Shown here piece by piece: positions 48,654-58,080 of a stretch of 64,000 nt of DNA. The first letter of the stretch is position 1. Every line of letters begins with the position of its first letter. The stretch is taken from positions 768,001 through 832,000 of the forward strand of contig CBDHDG010000004.1 of assembly GCA_965261595.1 (NCBI GenBank), in the 5' to 3' direction. Origin of the DNA: a bacterium (GTDB lineage: Bacteria > UBA8248 > JACPRG01 > G963555815). A program made the position numbers and the translations under genes. Under the pieces are notes generated by a model. It was not told the origin of the DNA, ran no database searches, and saw only the letters and a list, made by a program, of their open reading frames with translations.

Positions 48654-51013
48654 GCGCCCTTTCCGTTCGTCCCGCCGCCGGAGGACACGGGGCTTTCGGT
48701 CTTGCGCGCCCTCCTGCCGCGGCGCTCGATCGCCTGGAGGACCTTCTTGGGCGTAAACGGGGTGGTCTGAAGCCGGATGCCCACGGCGTCGTAGAGGGCG
48801 TCCTGGATGGCGGGCGCGGTCGGCACCTGGGCGGGCTCGGCGATTCCCTTCGCGCCGAACGGTCCGGCCTGTTCCTCCACTTCGACGAAGATGGGGACGA
48901 TCTCGGGCATCTCCAGGATTGTGGGAACCCGGTAGTTGAGCATCGTCGCGTTGAGGGGCTTGCCGTCCTCCATGACCATTTCCTCGGAAAGCGCCATCCC
49001 CAATCCGCGGGAGATCGCCCCCTCCACCTGCCCTTCGGCCCCGATGGGGTTCAGCAGCCGGCCCACGTCGTGGGCGGAGACCACTTTGACGACCTTCACA
49101 TGGCCCGTCTCTTCGTCCACCTCGATCTCGATCGCCTGCGCGCCGAAGATGTACGAGGGGCAGTAGTTCCCGTAACCGGTCACCGGGTCGAGGCCCTTGC
49201 CCTCGGAGCTGTATTGGCCCGTGCCGACCAGGGAAGCCCCGCGCTTGTAAAAACAGTCCCGGGCGATCTCGGCCAGCGAGGTCTTCTCTTCCGGGTTCGA
49301 CTTGACGAAGATGTGGCCGTCGCGGGATTCGAGATCCTCCGACCGGGCCTCGAGGATCTCGGCGGCGTTCTCGTAAAGTTTCTTCTTGAGCTCGCGCGCG
49401 GCGCGGTGGGCGGCGTTCCCGCTGACGAATACCCCCCGGGTGGCGTACACCCCCAAATCGGGGGGCGTGATTTCGGTGTCGGAGAGAACAAGGTTCACCT
49501 TATCGAGGGGGATGCCCAGCTCTTCCGCGACAACGGTGCAGATGGCCGTCCCCAGACCCTGCCCCATCTCGCACGTCCCCGAGAAGAGGGTCACCGAGCC
49601 GTCCTCGGCCATCTTGACAATCGCCTCGCCGAAGTTGACCGGGCCGTGAAGGCCGATGGAGCTGGCCGAATGGCAGACCAGGGCCATGCCCAGGCCGCGC
49701 TTGACGCCCTTCTTCTTGAGGTCGCCCGGGCCGTTGTCGCCGCGCTTCCTCGACCACCCGATGCCCTCGGCCGCCCGCCGGATGCACTCGCTGAGCTGGC
49801 AAGTGTTGACCTCGGCGCCGGAAACCGTCTTGTCCCCCTGCTGCGTGCAATTCTTGAGCCGGAATTCCACCGGATCGAGGCCCAGCTCGGAGCAGATGCG
49901 GTTGAAGTGGCACTCCTGGGCGAAGGAGGACTGGGGGTTGCCGTAGCCCTGATACCCCCCGCCGTAGGGCTTGTTGGTGTAGACGACATAGGCGTCCAAC
50001 TTGTAGGCCGGGTTCCGGTAGAGGACGGGAGGGGTGTTCCCGGCCAGGCTGGTCACCCGGTGGCCGTGACTGGTGTAGGCCCCGTTGTCGGTGATGATCC
50101 GGACCTGCCGGCCCTTGAGCATCCCCTCCTTCGACACCGCGGTCTTTTGCGTGATGGCCATGGGATGCCGGAACCGGGTGTAGATGAAATACTCCTCCCG
50201 GCTGTACTGAAGCTTCACGGGCCCGCGGGTCTTCATGGCAAGCAGGGCGGTGATGGGCTCGAGGGGCTCGATGTCGATCTTGCTGCCGAAGGCGCCGCCG
50301 ATGTAGTTGTTGATCACCCGGACGTGAGAAACAGGCAGGCCCAGGACCCCCGCCAGCCGATCCCGCGTGGGATGCGGGTTCTGGGTCGAGGGCCAGATGG
50401 TCAGCCGGCCCGCCCGGTTGAACTCGGCCACGCACCCGTGGGGCTCCATGGGACAGGGCGACACGAAATGCGTGCGGAACTCGTCCTCAAAAACGTGGTC
50501 CGCCTCCGCGAAGGCCTTCTCCACGTCACCGAAATTGCGGTGATACTCCTTGGCGACGTTGCGCTTCTTGCCCTCGTGAATCTCGATGGCGTCATCGGTA
50601 AAGGCGTCTTCCGGCTCGTAGAGGGCCGGAAGCTCTTCATATTCCACTTTGATCAGGGAGAGGGCCTCCCGGGCCGTCGCTTCGTCCACCGCCGCGACGG
50701 CGGCGATCTCGTCCCCGACGAACCGGACCTTGTCCGGCTGAAGCGGAAGCTGGTCGATGGGTCCGTCCGTCACGCCGAACCGGATTCTCGGCCCATCCTT
50801 TCCGGTGATCACGGCCTTGACGCCCGGCAGGGCCTCGGCCTTCAAGGTGTCGATGTCGAGGATCTTCCCGTGCGGGATGGGGCTTCTCAGGACCTTGGCG
50901 GTCAGCATCCCCGGACGCTTGAAGTCGCTGACGTACACGGCCTCGCCCGTCGCCTTGTCCCAGGCGTCGATCCTCGGGAGCCGCTTTCCGATGACTGCGT
51001 ATTCGGTCGTCAC
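48650..51013 (-). CDS. XDH-family molybdopterin-binding subunit (HcrA-like)
   Basis: DKATGEA.Y, MEPHG, GGAFGSK, EMGQG, GPFGAKGIAE motifs. Confidence 0.92.
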   Translation of the reverse strand: MTTEYAVIGKRLPRIDAWDKATGEAVYVSDFKRPGMLTAKVLRSPIPHGKILDIDTLKAEALPGVKAVITGKDGPRIRFGVTDGPIDQLPLQPDKVRFVGDEIAAVAAVDEATAREALSLIKVEYEELPALYEPEDAFTDDAIEIHEGKKRNVAKEYHRNFGDVEKAFAEADHVFEDEFRTHFVSPCPMEPHGCVAEFNRAGRLTIWPSTQNPHPTRDRLAGVLGLPVSHVRVINNYIGGAFGSKIDIEPLEPITALLAMKTRGPVKLQYSREEYFIYTRFRHPMAITQKTAVSKEGMLKGRQVRIITDNGAYTSHGHRVTSLAGNTPPVLYRNPAYKLDAYVVYTNKPYGGGYQGYGNPQSSFAQECHFNRICSELGLDPVEFRLKNCTQQGDKTVSGAEVNTCQLSECIRRAAEGIGWSRKRGDNGPGDLKKKGVKRGLGMALVCHSASSIGLHGPVNFGEAIVKMAEDGSVTLFSGTCEMGQGLGTAICTVVAEELGIPLDKVNLVLSDTEITPPDLGVYATRGVFVSGNAAHRAARELKKKLYENAAEILEARSEDLESRDGHIFVKSNPEEKTSLAEIARDCFYKRGASLVGTGQYSSEGKGLDPVTGYGNYCPSYIFGAQAIEIEVDEETGHVKVVKVVSAHDVGRLLNPIGAEGQVEGAISRGLGMALSEEMVMEDGKPLNATMLNYRVPTILEMPEIVPIFVEVEEQAGPFGAKGIAEPAQVPTAPAIQDALYDAVGIRLQTTPFTPKKVLQAIERRGRRARKTESPVSSGGGTNGKGA

Positions 51014-51301
51014 GACTCAGTCCCCCTTCTCTTCCATCCTCTTAAAATCAAGGGCAATCAATCGACGGGGCGCTTGCGCGCCGGCAAAGTTGCGATTACA
51101 AGTTTTATCTGCTCTCTATAACGTCTCTACCGCACGAAACTTCTCACAGGCGCCGATTCAAAGCCCTAAGGCCATCATGGGCCACAGCCGACCGGCACAA
51201 CCAATAAGCCCCCCATCCCCAGTAGGCCGAGCGGAAGCTCGGCCGCCGAAAGTTTTTCGGGGGGTTCCCAACCCCTGGGAGGGGTCCAGGGGGGCGGTTT
51301 T

Positions 51302-51793
51302 TCAAAAAAGCCCCCCTGGCGCCTTTTCCGCAGCGCTCCGGATCGCCTCGATGATCTTCACATAACCCGTGCAGCGGCAGATGTTTCCGGCCAGGGCGTG
51401 GCGGATCTCCGCCTCGGAGGGTTTCGGGATTTCATCCAAAAGCGCCCGGCTCGTCATGAGCATCCCCGGGATGCAGTATCCGCACTGCGTCGCGCCGAAC
51501 TTGATGAACGCCTCCTGGAGCGGGTCCAGCTCGTCCCCGTCGGACAGGCCCTCGACCGTCCGGACGTCCGACCCCTCCAGCGACGCCGTCAGGATGAGAC
51601 AGGAGTTCACCGGCCGGCCGTCGAGGATGACCGCGCAGGCCCCGCACGCCCCGGTGGTGCACCCTTCCTTCGTCCCGGTCAGGTCGATTCGCTCCCGCAG
51701 CGTGTGCAGAAGGAGCTCCCGGACGTCCACATCGAGACGAACGGGTTCGCCGTTCAGTGTGAATCCGACAGTTTGTGTTACGGCCTCCACCAC
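51302..51793 (-). CDS. XDH-family 2Fe-2S subunit (HcrC-like)
   Basis: GC..G.CGAC, QCGYC.PG, GNICRCTGY motifs. Confidence 0.93.
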   Translation of the reverse strand: MVEAVTQTVGFTLNGEPVRLDVDVRELLLHTLRERIDLTGTKEGCTTGACGACAVILDGRPVNSCLILTASLEGSDVRTVEGLSDGDELDPLQEAFIKFGATQCGYCIPGMLMTSRALLDEIPKPSEAEIRHALAGNICRCTGYVKIIEAIRSAAEKAPGGLF

Positions 51794-51873
51794 GCTTCAC
51801 CTCTCCATGCGGTTCGCGTTCACGGATTAACAGAGAGGTTGCCAGTCAGGGACCGGTCCGGACAGCGAAAAAA

Positions 51874-52563
51874 TCAGGCCAAGGGACCGCTCTGAACCTT
51901 TCCGTTCTCCCGGCCTTCGCCGGCGACGCTCTCCAGAACCTTTTCCTTCACAATGCGGATGTGCTCGCGGGCCAGCCTTTCCGCGCGGTCCCCGTCCCCG
52001 CTCACGATGGCGCGAAAGATGGCGGCATGCTCCTCCACGTCTTTGACGGGCCGCCCCGGAAAGTAGGTCGCCCGAAAGCCCAGGGTCCGCGCCTGGCCGA
52101 TGATGCTCTCAAGCAGCCCCTTCGCCTGGCCGTGTCCCGAGGCCGCCGAGACGGCGCGGTGAAAATTCTCGATGGCCTCGACGCACCCGTCCAGGTCATG
52201 CCGTTCCAGACACTCGGCCTGCCGGTCGAGGGCCTTCCGGATTTTGGACAAGGCGGCGGGATTCCGGCGCTCCGCCGCGCGGCGGCTCACCAACCCTTCG
52301 AGGACTTCCCATAGGGAGTAAATCTCCTCCACCCGCTCGGGCGAGTGATTGAGGACGAAAACCCCGCGGCGGGGGACGTTTTCGAGCAGGCCCTCCTGGG
52401 CGAGTTTCTGGACGGCCTCCCAGATGGGCGTGCGGCTCACGCCGAACTCGCGGGTCAGCTTCTCGACGTTGATCCGCGCCCCGGGCGGATAGGTCTCCTT
52501 GACGATCAGCGCCTTGAGCCGCTGATAGACCTTTTCCCTGAGGTTGTCGTGGGCGATGTTCAA
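51874..52563 (-). CDS. GntR family regulator with FCD domain
   Basis: FGVSRTPI.EA..L..EGL, FH..., EHAAI motifs; TTG start with AGGAGG RBS. Confidence 0.9.
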   Translation of the reverse strand: MNIAHDNLREKVYQRLKALIVKETYPPGARINVEKLTREFGVSRTPIWEAVQKLAQEGLLENVPRRGVFVLNHSPERVEEIYSLWEVLEGLVSRRAAERRNPAALSKIRKALDRQAECLERHDLDGCVEAIENFHRAVSAASGHGQAKGLLESIIGQARTLGFRATYFPGRPVKDVEEHAAIFRAIVSGDGDRAERLAREHIRIVKEKVLESVAGEGRENGKVQSGPLA

Positions 52564-52613
52564 GCTGGTATTCCTCCTGTCCAGCTTTCCGAACCTTTTT
52601 GAACAACACCTGG

Positions 52614-52667
52614 AAGGTACCACCATTGGAGGGGGGCGTCAACTTCGTATTTCATATTTCATGAAAT
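52614..52667 (-). promoter_or_regulatory. Sigma70-type promoter and upstream palindrome for the gntR-hcr-like operon
   Basis: TTGACG-N17-TACCTT; ATTTCATGAAAT palindrome at 52656-52667. Confidence 0.55.
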
Positions 52668-52704
52668 TATTTTCGTTGAAACAGAAAAAAGCGGAAAGAT
52701 TTTC

Positions 52705-52828
52705 ATCCACAGATTACACGGAATGGAAAGAAAAGAACCAAAGACCGGATTCGGGATCTGGAGCGTCCTGATTTGATTTCTTAATAGGATGCCGCCCTTG
52801 TTTTTGAAAATCTGTGTAATCTGTGGAT
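52705..52828. repeat. Gene-less element with CACAGAT 9-bp-unit inverted termini, copy B
   Basis: ATCCACAGATTACACGGAAT ... AATCTGTGTAATCTGTGGAT; interior homologous to copy C. Confidence 0.88.
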
Positions 52829-52925
52829 AAAATGTCTTTTAGTCCGTGCTCAGTCGGTCCACCGTAGAAGAGCCGAGTCCCGCTTTTTCGGCGGGTTTGG
52901 CCACAGGTTTGGAGGAAGGTGTCTC

Positions 52926-54437
52926 ATGCCGGATTCCTATGACGTGATCATCGTGGGAGGGGGCTCGACGGGCTGTGTCGCCGCCTCCCGGCTGTCCGAA
53001 GACCCCCGAAGGCGGGTCCTGCTCCTGAACGCCTCGCCCGATCCTCAGCCCCTGCCGGAGATCGTCGCGGACTCCCGGCTGGTCGTGAATCTCCTGATGG
53101 AAAGTCCGTACCTCGGGCTCTATCCCACCCCGCGAAAACTCGACGGAAGCATGTTCTACTCCCTCGGGGGACTCATCATGGGCGGGGGGTCTTCCGTGAA
53201 CTTCATGTCGGTCATCCGCCCGATCCGGCCGGATTGCGATAACTGGGTTCAACAGGGAAATCCTGAATGGTCTTGGGAACACGTCTTGCCGGTCCTGCGG
53301 AGGCTCGAGGCCGACCAGGATTACGGAGACTCAGCGCTCCACGGCAAGGAGGGCCCACTGTACGTGAAACGGGCGTGCAGCTTTGACACCATCCCGGAAG
53401 GCCAACAGCGGGCGTTTGTGGATGGCGTCATCAGCCTCGGCCTGCCCGTCTGCCCGGACCAGAACGTCCCTTACCCCTACGGGGTCTCCGCCACGGCCTC
53501 CTGCATCAAGGAGGGGCGCCGCCAATCCGCCGCCGTCGCCTACCTGGACCCCGCGCGCTCGCGGCCGAACCTCACCATCCTGGCGGACGCGCCGGTCATC
53601 TCCCTGGACGTCCAGGGCGATCAGGTGGCCGGTGTTCGGTACGAAAAGGACGGCCAGGTTCACACCGTCCGGGGGGAGCAGGTGGTCTTGAGCGCCGGCG
53701 TGTACCACACCCCGCAGATCTTGATGCTTTCCGGCATCGGCCCTCCAGCCGTGCTGGAGCGTCTGGGCGTCTCCGTGATCCATGGCATGGAAGGCGTCGG
53801 AGAGAATTATCAGGATCACGCCTCCATCATTATGACCTTCGAAGGCAAAAAGGATAATCAGGAGGACTGGATTGTCCCGGGCTTCATGCTGAATTACAAG
53901 AGCGACCCGAGCCGTGAATTCCTGGACTTTCACATCTTGATGCGGCAATCGACGATCATCGAGGGCCTGAGCCCCTTGCTGCCCGTAATGATCAACCTGC
54001 TGGAGCACCGGGCGCGCGGCCGCATTGTCCTCAACAGCCGGGATCCCCATGAGCTCCCGGGCATCGAATCCGAAATGCTCGAGGACCCGGCGGATATCCA
54101 GGCGATGGTCTCGGCCATGGCGTTCGTCGTCGAGCTCACCGAAACCGGGCCCATGCGGGAATACTACGGTCCGCCGACCCTGCCGGAACCCGGAGAGGAT
54201 TTCGCAAAATTCGCGCGCACGAGCTTCGAAAGCTTTCATCACGGCGTGGGCACGTGCGCGATGGGCCCCGGCGCAAACGGTCGGGCCGTGGTGGATCAGC
54301 GCCTGCGGGTCCACGGGATGTCGAACCTGTGGATCGCCGACGCCTCGGTCATGCCGGTCGTCCCCCACTGTCACACCAACACAGCGTGCCTGATGATCGG
54401 AGAACGCCTGTCCGATTTCATGCGGGCCGAAACTTGA
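52926..54437 (+). CDS. GMC family oxidoreductase
   Basis: IVGGGSTG, GGGSSVN, LMLSGIG, GENYQDH, H.VGTCAMG, ADASVMP motifs. Confidence 0.93.
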   Translation: MPDSYDVIIVGGGSTGCVAASRLSEDPRRRVLLLNASPDPQPLPEIVADSRLVVNLLMESPYLGLYPTPRKLDGSMFYSLGGLIMGGGSSVNFMSVIRPIRPDCDNWVQQGNPEWSWEHVLPVLRRLEADQDYGDSALHGKEGPLYVKRACSFDTIPEGQQRAFVDGVISLGLPVCPDQNVPYPYGVSATASCIKEGRRQSAAVAYLDPARSRPNLTILADAPVISLDVQGDQVAGVRYEKDGQVHTVRGEQVVLSAGVYHTPQILMLSGIGPPAVLERLGVSVIHGMEGVGENYQDHASIIMTFEGKKDNQEDWIVPGFMLNYKSDPSREFLDFHILMRQSTIIEGLSPLLPVMINLLEHRARGRIVLNSRDPHELPGIESEMLEDPADIQAMVSAMAFVVELTETGPMREYYGPPTLPEPGEDFAKFARTSFESFHHGVGTCAMGPGANGRAVVDQRLRVHGMSNLWIADASVMPVVPHCHTNTACLMIGERLSDFMRAET

Positions 54438-54705
54438 TGGGCTATTTACGGACGCATCCCTGTCTCGGTCGGGTAGGCCACCCTGCGATTCACGCGGGCG
54501 CCGAATCCAATGGCGGTGTAGCGCGGAGGCTTCAGCCTTCCCCCGTTTTTTGCGCGGGGAGGATCACCCATTGATGGTTTGACCCTTCCATCGATGGCCC
54601 ATCGAGCCGCACGGGAGCCCACAAGGAGCCCCCTACATCCTCAAAGCGGGACGGTCTGGAAATCCGTTGTGGCGGCCTTTGGATTAGGCGTTTTTCCGCA
54701 TCCTG

Positions 54706-55707
54706 CTAATCAATGAGCTTCCTATCCAGGTAGGGCACCTTTAACTTGCCGCTTTTGATGTCCTTTTCGACCGCCCGGACCCGCCTCGCGATCTCCGGGG
54801 GCACCTTCTTGTTGAAGGGCGCCAGCACCGCGCCGCCGTTCGGAATGCCCACCAGGTAGAGTTTCTCGACCTTCCCCTTCTTCATGTCGAGGACGAGCTT
54901 CCTCATGGCGGCATGCCAGATGAAGACCGAGCTGCTGATTACGGTGTCGGGCGCCATCCGGTTCAGGTCCATGAAGCACCCGATGGCGAACTTGCCTTTT
55001 TCCTCGGCGCCCTTGATCCCGCCGAAACCCATGGGACTGGAGGTCACCTGGATTACGTCCACTCCCTGTTCGATCATGGCGAAGGCGGCCTCCTTCGCCT
55101 TGGAGACGTCCATCCAGTCGTTGATGAAGACGGACACAATCTTGACGTTGGGGTCCACGCTCCGAGCGCCCAGCTTGTAGCCGTTGTGCTCGGACATCAC
55201 CCCCGGAACGGGAAACCCGCCGATGACGCCGATCTTCTTGGTCTTGCTCATGAGCGTGGCGAGGACGCCGCCCAGATAGCCCGTTTCGTGCGAAAGGACC
55301 ATATACGTCACGACGTTGGGGCGGCCCTTTGTATTATAGAAACCGGCCACGGCGAACGTGGTGTTGGGAAACTCGCTGGCCACCTTCATGGCGGGGGCGC
55401 CCCACTCATACCCGTGGCCGAAGATGAGGTCATACCCGGCGGAGGCCCAGGCCCGAAGCGCGCGCTCCAGGTCGGCTCTCTTGATACGGTCCTGGGTGGT
55501 GACCTCGTCCACGCCAGGGTCTTTCTTGAGCATCAGCGCCCCCCGGTATCCCCCCTCGTACCAGCCATTGTCGTTGATCGGGCCGTTGTTGCCGATGGCG
55601 ACGCGGATCTTCTTGGCCGCCGCCGCGGGGACGGCCGTGAAAGCGGCCGCGAGCGCAACGGCCAGAAAACACCCGACAAATCCCCTCAGAACGCTTCGAC
55701 TGTTCAT
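54706..55707 (-). CDS. BMP family ABC substrate-binding protein
   Basis: Signal peptide; GPIND.GW, GYDLIFGHG, GYLGG.LA..SKT.KIG motifs. Confidence 0.9.
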   Translation of the reverse strand: MNSRSVLRGFVGCFLAVALAAAFTAVPAAAAKKIRVAIGNNGPINDNGWYEGGYRGALMLKKDPGVDEVTTQDRIKRADLERALRAWASAGYDLIFGHGYEWGAPAMKVASEFPNTTFAVAGFYNTKGRPNVVTYMVLSHETGYLGGVLATLMSKTKKIGVIGGFPVPGVMSEHNGYKLGARSVDPNVKIVSVFINDWMDVSKAKEAAFAMIEQGVDVIQVTSSPMGFGGIKGAEEKGKFAIGCFMDLNRMAPDTVISSSVFIWHAAMRKLVLDMKKGKVEKLYLVGIPNGGAVLAPFNKKVPPEIARRVRAVEKDIKSGKLKVPYLDRKLID

Positions 55708-55911
55708 GGTCCGCTCCCTTTCCGTTCAGATGTTCCTCCCGAATTCAACGGCGAACAAAACACCTTATCTCCCCCAGTCAACCCGCAAAAGATGGAATCT
55801 CGAAACCCACTCAGGGCCCGGGCCGGCAAGAACGCCGCGACGGCCGGGCGGGGCGTGTGTCCGGCTGATCCTTCAAGACCCGGCGCCGGACATTTTGTCC
55901 GTGGGCTCAGT

Positions 55912-56607
55912 CTATGTTCTTGCGACTACGCTCCGCTCCGCCCAGGCGGCGACGACCTCATCAACCGTCGCAACCCGCCCGAAATAGTTGCAGCAGTTCG
56001 ACAGCGTTCCTTCGTGATCCTCACGGCTGGTGGTCGCGCATGCGTCATCGACCATGACCACGTTGTAGTCCAGCATGAAGCCCTCGCGGGCTGTGCTCTC
56101 GACGCAGACGTTCGTGGCCACTCCCGTCATGAGAATGGTCTTCACGCCCAGACCCCGGAGGATGAGATCGAGGTTTGTCCCCGTGAATCCCCCATACCGA
56201 TTCTTCTTGAGGAGGATGTCTCCGGGCTCGGGTTCGAACCCCTCGCAAAGGTCGGCGCCCCAGGTCCCTTCAACAACCAGGTCCGAACCCATGCCTCCCG
56301 GCCCGGAAAGGGCGCCGTCGGGAGCCCCGTCGGCCGACCCGGACTTGAGCCGCTCCAGCCGGTGATAGGCCGACCATTTGCAATCCGGCGAATGGACCAC
56401 CTGGAACAGGACAACGGAAACCCCGACGCCGCGCGCCTCCTTCATCAGAAGGCGCAACGGCGGGAAAATATCCTGAATGGGGCCCATGTCAAATCCTCTT
56501 TTTCCGAAACACCCCTCGGAATGACAGAAGTCGTTTTGAACGTCCACGACGATTAGGGCGGAAGTTGAGGGGTCCACCCAATCGGCCAAAGCAAGGTCAT
56601 TTTTCAC
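55912..56607 (-). CDS. Cysteine hydrolase (isochorismatase/RutB-like)
   Basis: VVDVQNDF, K.RY..F.GT, GVATNVCVESTAR motifs; GTG start with GAGGAGG RBS. Confidence 0.9.
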   Translation of the reverse strand: MKNDLALADWVDPSTSALIVVDVQNDFCHSEGCFGKRGFDMGPIQDIFPPLRLLMKEARGVGVSVVLFQVVHSPDCKWSAYHRLERLKSGSADGAPDGALSGPGGMGSDLVVEGTWGADLCEGFEPEPGDILLKKNRYGGFTGTNLDLILRGLGVKTILMTGVATNVCVESTAREGFMLDYNVVMVDDACATTSREDHEGTLSNCCNYFGRVATVDEVVAAWAERSVVART

Positions 56608-56713
56608 TCGGAATCCCTCCTCACGGATTACAACGGTTCTGTTGCGGCCTTCAAACAAGGGAGGCATGGGGGCAGGATTCGGATTTTAACCTTTTCCAGG
56701 CTTCCCGGCCCCC

Positions 56714-57793
56714 CTAAGCCCTCGGGCCATCAATCTCAACCCCGAGCTCCTGCATAAATCGCCTGTAAGCCACGGCGACGGCATCCGGTCCGCGGACATG
56801 GAGCTCCTCGGTCAGATCCAACGGCAGCTCCTCGGGCCGCTGGTTCTCGACAATCGGCTTGTCCTGATCCGAGATCAAGTCCAGGAGATGGATATACTCC
56901 GGGATCTTGCCATCGATCGCTCCATCGCGCGACTTCATCTCTTCACCCTTCACCGTGATCGGTCCATGGACGACCTCAGGCGCGTCGAAGTCGTAATTCC
57001 GAGCCACGATCAGAAAACGCGTCGATTCCCTCGCCGAGTGGGGCGTGCACGGGTAAAAGTAGATCTCGGTCTTGTCCTCTGGCATCCTCATCCACTGAAC
57101 AATACTGAACGGCCGGGTCAGACGGTAACGGCGACGAAAGGGGTCTGGATGAGCGATATCGGTGTCCCCGGCCGACTTCTCAACCGATGTTGAGAAATCG
57201 GCCTCGAACCAAAGGTCCTCGCCGTCCTGTCTTACGTCGACGATCGGCGCCAGGGGCCTATCGCGCTCACCCAATATCCCATCGTGGATCCACGGAAAAT
57301 GAGCGAAATCCACAAAGTTTTCGATGGACCGGGCGGCCGTGCACTGCCACGGCTTTCTCTGGCGGAAATAGATGCGGTAGCTCGGGTCTTCGAGCTCGGG
57401 AACGTCGGGGATGGGCGCTCGGGGCTTTTCAGCCAGGCAGACCCAGATGATCCCGTATCGCTCCGCGGCGGGGTAATGGGTCAGGCAGGCCTTCTTCGGG
57501 ATGGGATGCTCGGGGGGAATGGACGGGATGCGGATGCACTTTCCGTCCGCATCGTAAGCCCAGCCATGATAGGCGCAGACAATCGTCTCACCTTCCACCC
57601 ACCCCAGGGAGATGGGCGTCCCGCGATGGACGCAAAGGTCATGGAACGCCCGGACTTCACCGCTTCCAAGCCGGCAGACGACCACGCGCTCGTCCAAGAG
57701 CCGGACAGCCAGCGGCCCCTCGTCCACGTCTTCGGAAAGAGCCACGGGATGCCAATACTCAGCCAAAGATGGCCATAAGGCGCTTTCCCGCAA
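56714..57793 (-). CDS. Rieske non-heme iron oxygenase alpha subunit (VanA/NdmA-like demethylase group)
   Basis: CVHRG..CAYHGW Rieske motif; ENFVDFAHFPWIH; QD..IVENQ.P. Confidence 0.9.
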   Translation of the reverse strand: MRESALWPSLAEYWHPVALSEDVDEGPLAVRLLDERVVVCRLGSGEVRAFHDLCVHRGTPISLGWVEGETIVCAYHGWAYDADGKCIRIPSIPPEHPIPKKACLTHYPAAERYGIIWVCLAEKPRAPIPDVPELEDPSYRIYFRQRKPWQCTAARSIENFVDFAHFPWIHDGILGERDRPLAPIVDVRQDGEDLWFEADFSTSVEKSAGDTDIAHPDPFRRRYRLTRPFSIVQWMRMPEDKTEIYFYPCTPHSARESTRFLIVARNYDFDAPEVVHGPITVKGEEMKSRDGAIDGKIPEYIHLLDLISDQDKPIVENQRPEELPLDLTEELHVRGPDAVAVAYRRFMQELGVEIDGPRA

Positions 57794-57947
57794 AATCCCG
57801 CCCCCAAGTTACGATTGAGGCCGCAAAACTTGTAAGCAACCATAGGAAATAATGATAACAGGTCTGGTGTTTAAACTCAAGCCGGGATTTTCCAAATGAC
57901 CGCTTTTTGCAGCCTGCCTGCGCTCGCGTAAGATCACAAAGATCATG

Positions 57948-58071
57948 ATCCGCAGATTACACAGATTGAAAAGAAAAGGACCAAAGAGCGGATTCAGGGA
58001 CCTGGAGCGTCCTGATTTAACTTTTTGAAAGGTGTGGCCCTGTTTTTTGAAAATCTGCGTAATCTGCGGAT
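57948..58071. repeat. Gene-less element with CACAGAT 9-bp-unit inverted termini, copy C
   Basis: ATCCGCAGATTACACAGATT ... AATCTGCGTAATCTGCGGAT; same 124-bp length as copy B. Confidence 0.88.
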
Positions 58072-58080
58072 AAAAAGTCT

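Noticed and set aside
49070..51121. Long antisense ORFs (also 5164-6786, 54913-56556, 59501-61039)
   Set aside because: Shadow frames of GC-rich genes on the opposite strand.
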